From: Kudoa neothunni
Lineage: Eukaryota > Animalia > Cnidaria
Direction of reading: 5' to 3'
Length of the DNA: 64,000 nucleotides
Assembly (NCBI GenBank): GCA_964304625.1
Contig: OZ199840.1
Span: forward strand, 467,084-531,083
Shown piece by piece: positions 56,179-64,000 of this stretch (positions are counted from its first letter, which is position 1; each line of letters begins with the position of its first letter). Position numbers and translations under genes: made by a program. The notes beneath the pieces are model-generated. The model saw only the letters and a program-made list of their open reading frames with translations, made no database searches and was not told the origin of the DNA.

Positions 56179-57861
56179 CTCTTTCGAGCTATTTAAATTT
56201 AAAATTTAAATAAAATGTTTAGATGCGACTTTTTTACATTTTTCGTCATGGGCACCTGCGCAAAAGAGATTCAACAATAATCGTGACTCAAAATAGATTT
56301 TTGCGCAGTTATTTAGTTTTATTTATTATGATATGAAAAGAAACAATCCCTTTCTTTTACGTAATCAACATCTGCTTTTTTGTTCACCATATCGAGGTAA
56401 TGACCGATATTGTCAAATATGAACAATTCAGATAAGTTGTTAAGTCTATTCTGAGTAGAATAATAGACAGAATCTGTATTCGTCGGTGTGCCATGGGAAG
56501 GGGGTCCGTGCTTTGTTGCTTCATTAGATTTTTCATAGTGAATTAAATGTTCATTGATTGACTGTGTAAAAGACAACAGATGATCCGTTAATTCATTATT
56601 GGGAATTTTCATATAATATTTACGGTATTTCTGGTTTAGTTTATATAACACCATCAGCATACCTGATAGGTCTACCCCACCCATATTTGTGTTGTACTCC
56701 GACACAACTTTCGGGCATTCAATAGTAATCATTCTCTTTGTACGCCTATCGAATCTCTTTACTGTACCAACCGGATCTGAAGAAGAATGTGTGGAAGAAA
56801 GTGTAACTACAGAGGCATCACACCATTGGATTACCACTATTCCGTTTGTTTTATTCTGGAAACTTTCGTGTGACCCGCAACCTTTTTTGCCAAAATGATT
56901 TGGAGCAGTTAATGGACAATTTTTAATCCGATCTCTTCTTATGATTTCGACAGAGTAGATATTGCGCTCTTTTAAAATTTTTTGCAAGGGAATATAAGTG
57001 GAAAAATTGTTGAAGTACACGAAGAAAGTTTTATGGCTTGGAGGAGTCTCGCAAAATTTGACCACATGAATTATCTCAACTTCTGGAGCTTTTCCATCAT
57101 ACAAATATTTTAACCTCAATTTGGTTGGTTTCTTAGGTAGGTATTATTTAGCTTTACATTTCCCCATGTAATGTACCATTTGCTCATCAATTGAATGATA
57201 AACTTCGAGTTTAACTTTTAAAAACGCAGACCGTAGATATTCCAAGAAGGGTCGGATTTGACGAATCGATCATAATTGTTAAAATGATGTAATCTTGAGA
57301 TTTTATCAAAACGATTTCTTGAAAAGACGTTCGAAACATGTGGGTAATCAAGTGATCTGCTCCAATAGCAGCGGCAACACGACATTATTACAATTCCCAG
57401 CAAGATAATTACGCCAAGGAACTTTTAAATTTCGTCAATATCTGTTCGAAAATTTATACTGCATTGAGTTGCATAAACATTTGTTTCGTTTATAATCATT
57501 TCTATCAATACTTCCCCAAAAAAGAATTTAAAATAGACGATTGGAGAGAACAACTCCTCCACATCTTCAAATTCATTTACAGTAACAATATTGCACGGGA
57601 CAGAGGGTCAGGGTCCTTCACGCGCCCATTTGATGTTTGCGTTATCATCATCATCATCAGAAATTGTGTCAGGATCTGATAAATCAGCATCTGGAAGAAC
57701 AATCACTTCGGTTAGGGTATGGCCATCATTCAGCTGGGTAACGTTGAAGTTGTGATCCATTTTCGTTTAAAAAATCAGCACATTGCCCAAAGACCATCCT
57801 GGGGAACATGCATATTTTTGTATATATTTATTCGATGCGTTTTTAAATTTCGGTGCAAGGG
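56179..57861 (-). mobile_element. piggyBac (PGBD2/3-like) transposon, degenerate transposase
   Basis: ORF 56319-57119 contains IQWCDASVVTLSST..VKRFDR..IECPKVVSEYNTNMGGVDLS. Upstream YHSIDEQMV and SRNRFDKI..HFNN lie in other frames. Termini are imperfect (TTAA-CTCTTT / AAGGG-TTGA). Confidence 0.85.
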
Positions 57862-58019
57862 TTGAAAAATAAGTATTTACGATGTTATATAAATTTAACT
57901 TTTTTGTTTATATATCTTTAATAATGAAAATTCAATAAATCAACAAATAATATGACTTTACCAATCAATAATTTAGAAAAGTAAGCTGTAATAAAAATAT
58001 AATTCTTTTTCAAGAAATA

Positions 58020-59128
58020 TTGTTTTACCTTATTTTGAGGTAAATTTTTCCCCAAAGAGAAGTTAATGGTTGTATACGAGTTTTTTCAAATCCTCCAAAA
58101 AAGTTAGTAATATATTATTTTGAAATATTATGAGTAAAAATAGAAAATCAGAAAAATCACCTCAGATTTTTTTCACATTAATAGATAGATAAAATAATAA
58201 TTATTGCATAAATCAAATATTAGGTTTATCTGGCGGATAAATTTGAAGTTATATGGTTATTACCTATGGTAATGGTCACGCGACTTCCTCTTTTATTTTT
58301 AACAATGCGATAATTGAGACAAATTTCACCATTAATAATTAAAAAGATAAATAAATTATTTTAGAGTGATTATGAATACTTTAAAGCTGATATATCGTAA
58401 GAAACTGGCGAGATTGAAAATGTTGAGAATTCTGGTCAATCCATAATCCCGCAATCAGTAAGGAAGGCCTATGGGGGTGTTTTTCCATTTAATGGATTTA
58501 TTATTTATAATTTCGTGTTTCATTTAAAAAAAACTTGTGAGGTGATATAATTACAAGAAAATTTTTAAAAATATGGCGAAGTTACTATATCTTTCCATTA
58601 ATGATTAATGGAAAGAAACATCCTTTAAGCCCAAAATCCTAAGAGTTCGACCTTATCTATTCTGCTATAACACAGAACATCAAACAAATGAACAATATTT
58701 TAAAGAATTGTGTGTTTTTATGGAAAATTGATAAGAAACCCGCAATTGCTTTTTTCAGATATACGAAACAATCGCAAAAGTCATCCTGAGTGTTTAATAA
58801 GAATCTTATTCACATTACATATTCTATTTTGTTGCGAAAATAATAACTAAGTATTCATTATATGATATAAATGTGAAATCTACTCAAACATTACGCTTTA
58901 ATCAAAAATTGTCACTGCGGATTTTAACGAATACAGTTTTCGTAAGATTATGGGGATTACAACTCGGATATTAGTTGTTTTACAGCTGAATCTAGCCATG
59001 GAATTATGCCTGTTTTTATTTTCTGAAATAAAATATTTTTTATAGTTCGAATGGGGAAATAAAAAACGGGGGTAATTTTTTTCCCCAAAATTCGTCGGAG
59101 TGCAGTCGATTTTTAAAACATTAAGGGG
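58020..59128. mobile_element. Probable decayed piggyBac-type non-autonomous element
   Basis: Right end GGGGTAATTTTTTTCCCC..TTAAGGGG-TTAA (59068-59132) and a related GAGGTAAATTTTTCCCC at about 58037. Left boundary unclear. Confidence 0.4.
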
Positions 59129-59810
59129 TTAACATATAATGTTCTGCAGCGTGGAGAATATTTATAAAAATAAAAATACATTTAACCAAACTTTATAAAC
59201 ATTCTGTATTTTGCAACTCTAATTTAAATCAATTAATAGATTATTCACCAATTTATTTATAATCTAACTAAAATTTATACAATTCATCAATCAACTAAAG
59301 TTACAGTTGTTATTTTGCGTTGATATTAATGTTTTCTAGCCTGTTGCGACTCTTTAAAATAAAGAAACAATAAACTTTAATTAAAACTACACACGTTGTA
59401 AAATCGTTACAAACAGACTAAATTTAATTTAATTTTTTTTCCAAATAAAGATATTCAAAGTATCGAGTATATTTTCAGGCACCTAAAATAATCTTTTATT
59501 TCAGTGTCAAGTGAATAAAAAAATCGAACCTTTTCATTTTCAAAAACTCACAAAAACAATTTACAGAAAAAATAGCAAAATAATATTTTAAAAATTGGAA
59601 AATTAAATTAATTATTTTTCACTAAGGAAATAGGAGTTTAAAATTTGTCACACCCTTTAAAATACACCACAATGGGGTCTCTATTTTACCGGACAACTTC
59701 GCACTTACTCGTAGGGGTGTTGGTGGCGTCCTGCATTTACTTGTTTGAAGCATCGACGTTGTTTTGTTTTATTTCAATTAGTTGCTCTAACCCATATCTC
59801 AGAATAAACT

Positions 59811-62998
<3,188 letters not shown>

Positions 62999-64000
62999 GT
63001 ATTTATAAATATAAAAAATTAATGAGGCTGCTTATCAATAAGAAATTAATCCCTGTACTCTTATGTTATTTATTAGATGCACATTTGTTATGTTAGTATT
63101 TTTATATCCAATTTTATTTTTTAATTCTCGATTCAATTAGCCTCAAAGATTATTTATAAATTCTTTAAGAATTCTTTATAAATTAGTGTTTTTCGAATAT
63201 TGGGGAAATATTTTTAAAAATAATTTATAAAATTTCGTATTAATTTTCGCTAAATTGGACAATATTCAATATAATTGGTTTTTAGAATAATTATCTGTTT
63301 TCATACACTTATACATTTCAACTGCGAAAAATATAATAAATAACATATGTTATTATTTTGTAAATGCAATATTTCCATCGTATTAAAAAATTATGTTAAT
63401 TTATAATTTTCCTAAATTATTTAAATTATTTTTTTTGAGAATTAATCGTTTTTTTACAATTAATAATTAACTCAAGCACGGGCATGCGTGAAGACATGTA
63501 TTAATATCCCTGTGCCTATGTATTGACGACTGACCTAGTTAAATGGTCTAAATTGTTTTATATAAAATGTGAATGTAACTATGGTTAGTATATGTATATA
63601 AGTTACTTCATACATCTAAATCCCTCTCATTAATTACACTCATAGAACAACTTTATTAGTAATTATGAAGTATAAGTTGATTATATAATTTTTACAAACT
63701 TTATATGTATATTTTAAAAGTTAATTAGAATGTGTAAATTCCCATTCGTTTAAAGTAGAAGTATTTTTTATGATCCATGATAGTATTTGCGTGAGCGTCG
63801 TTTAATTCTGGTGTTTTATTTCTGTTCCAATAAAAATTTATTTTTTTAAAATATTTTTTAATATTATCATTTAAAAGTTATTTAAAAAATAATAAAATAA
63901 TGATATAACTTGATTATATTTTTGATAAAAAATTTGATTTCACTTCGGTTATTTATTTTATAAATTCGACAATCTTATGCTACTTAAATTTAAGAGAAAT

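Overview
AT-rich eukaryotic (animal) genomic DNA with very short GT-AG introns (mostly about 35-90 nt) and strongly diverged but recognisable metazoan genes, embedded in many decayed DNA transposons. This style suggests a reduced animal parasite such as a myxozoan cnidarian (inference only). Genes reconstructed by manual splicing: a secreted five-domain Kunitz protein (-), an adhesion-type GPCR (+), GINS2/Psf2 (+), a DNAJB6-like co-chaperone (-), DBF4 (+; conserved motifs invisible in the ORF track), a TspanC8 tetraspanin (-), AKT/PKB (+), an orphan single-pass PPxY protein (+), RNPS1 (-), a frameshifted RPP38/L7Ae-like gene (+), spinophilin/neurabin (+) and the 5' part of POLR3A (+). Mobile DNA: up to eight piggyBac-type elements/MITEs, a pogo/Tigger element with a nested piggyBac, hAT remnants and a hAT MITE, a Tc1-like MITE, and three copies of a structured tRNA-headed SINE. 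Most notable: apparent domain loss in conserved signalling proteins (AKT without a hydrophobic motif, spinophilin without its coiled coil, DBF4 without a visible motif N), a disulfide-depleted multi-Kunitz secreted protein, an in-frame hydrophobic-coding intron in RNPS1, and the SINE family. Several single-base frameshifts, including one in essential POLR3A, suggest assembly indels, so disruption claims need read support. All calls are from reading the sequence; no searches were run.
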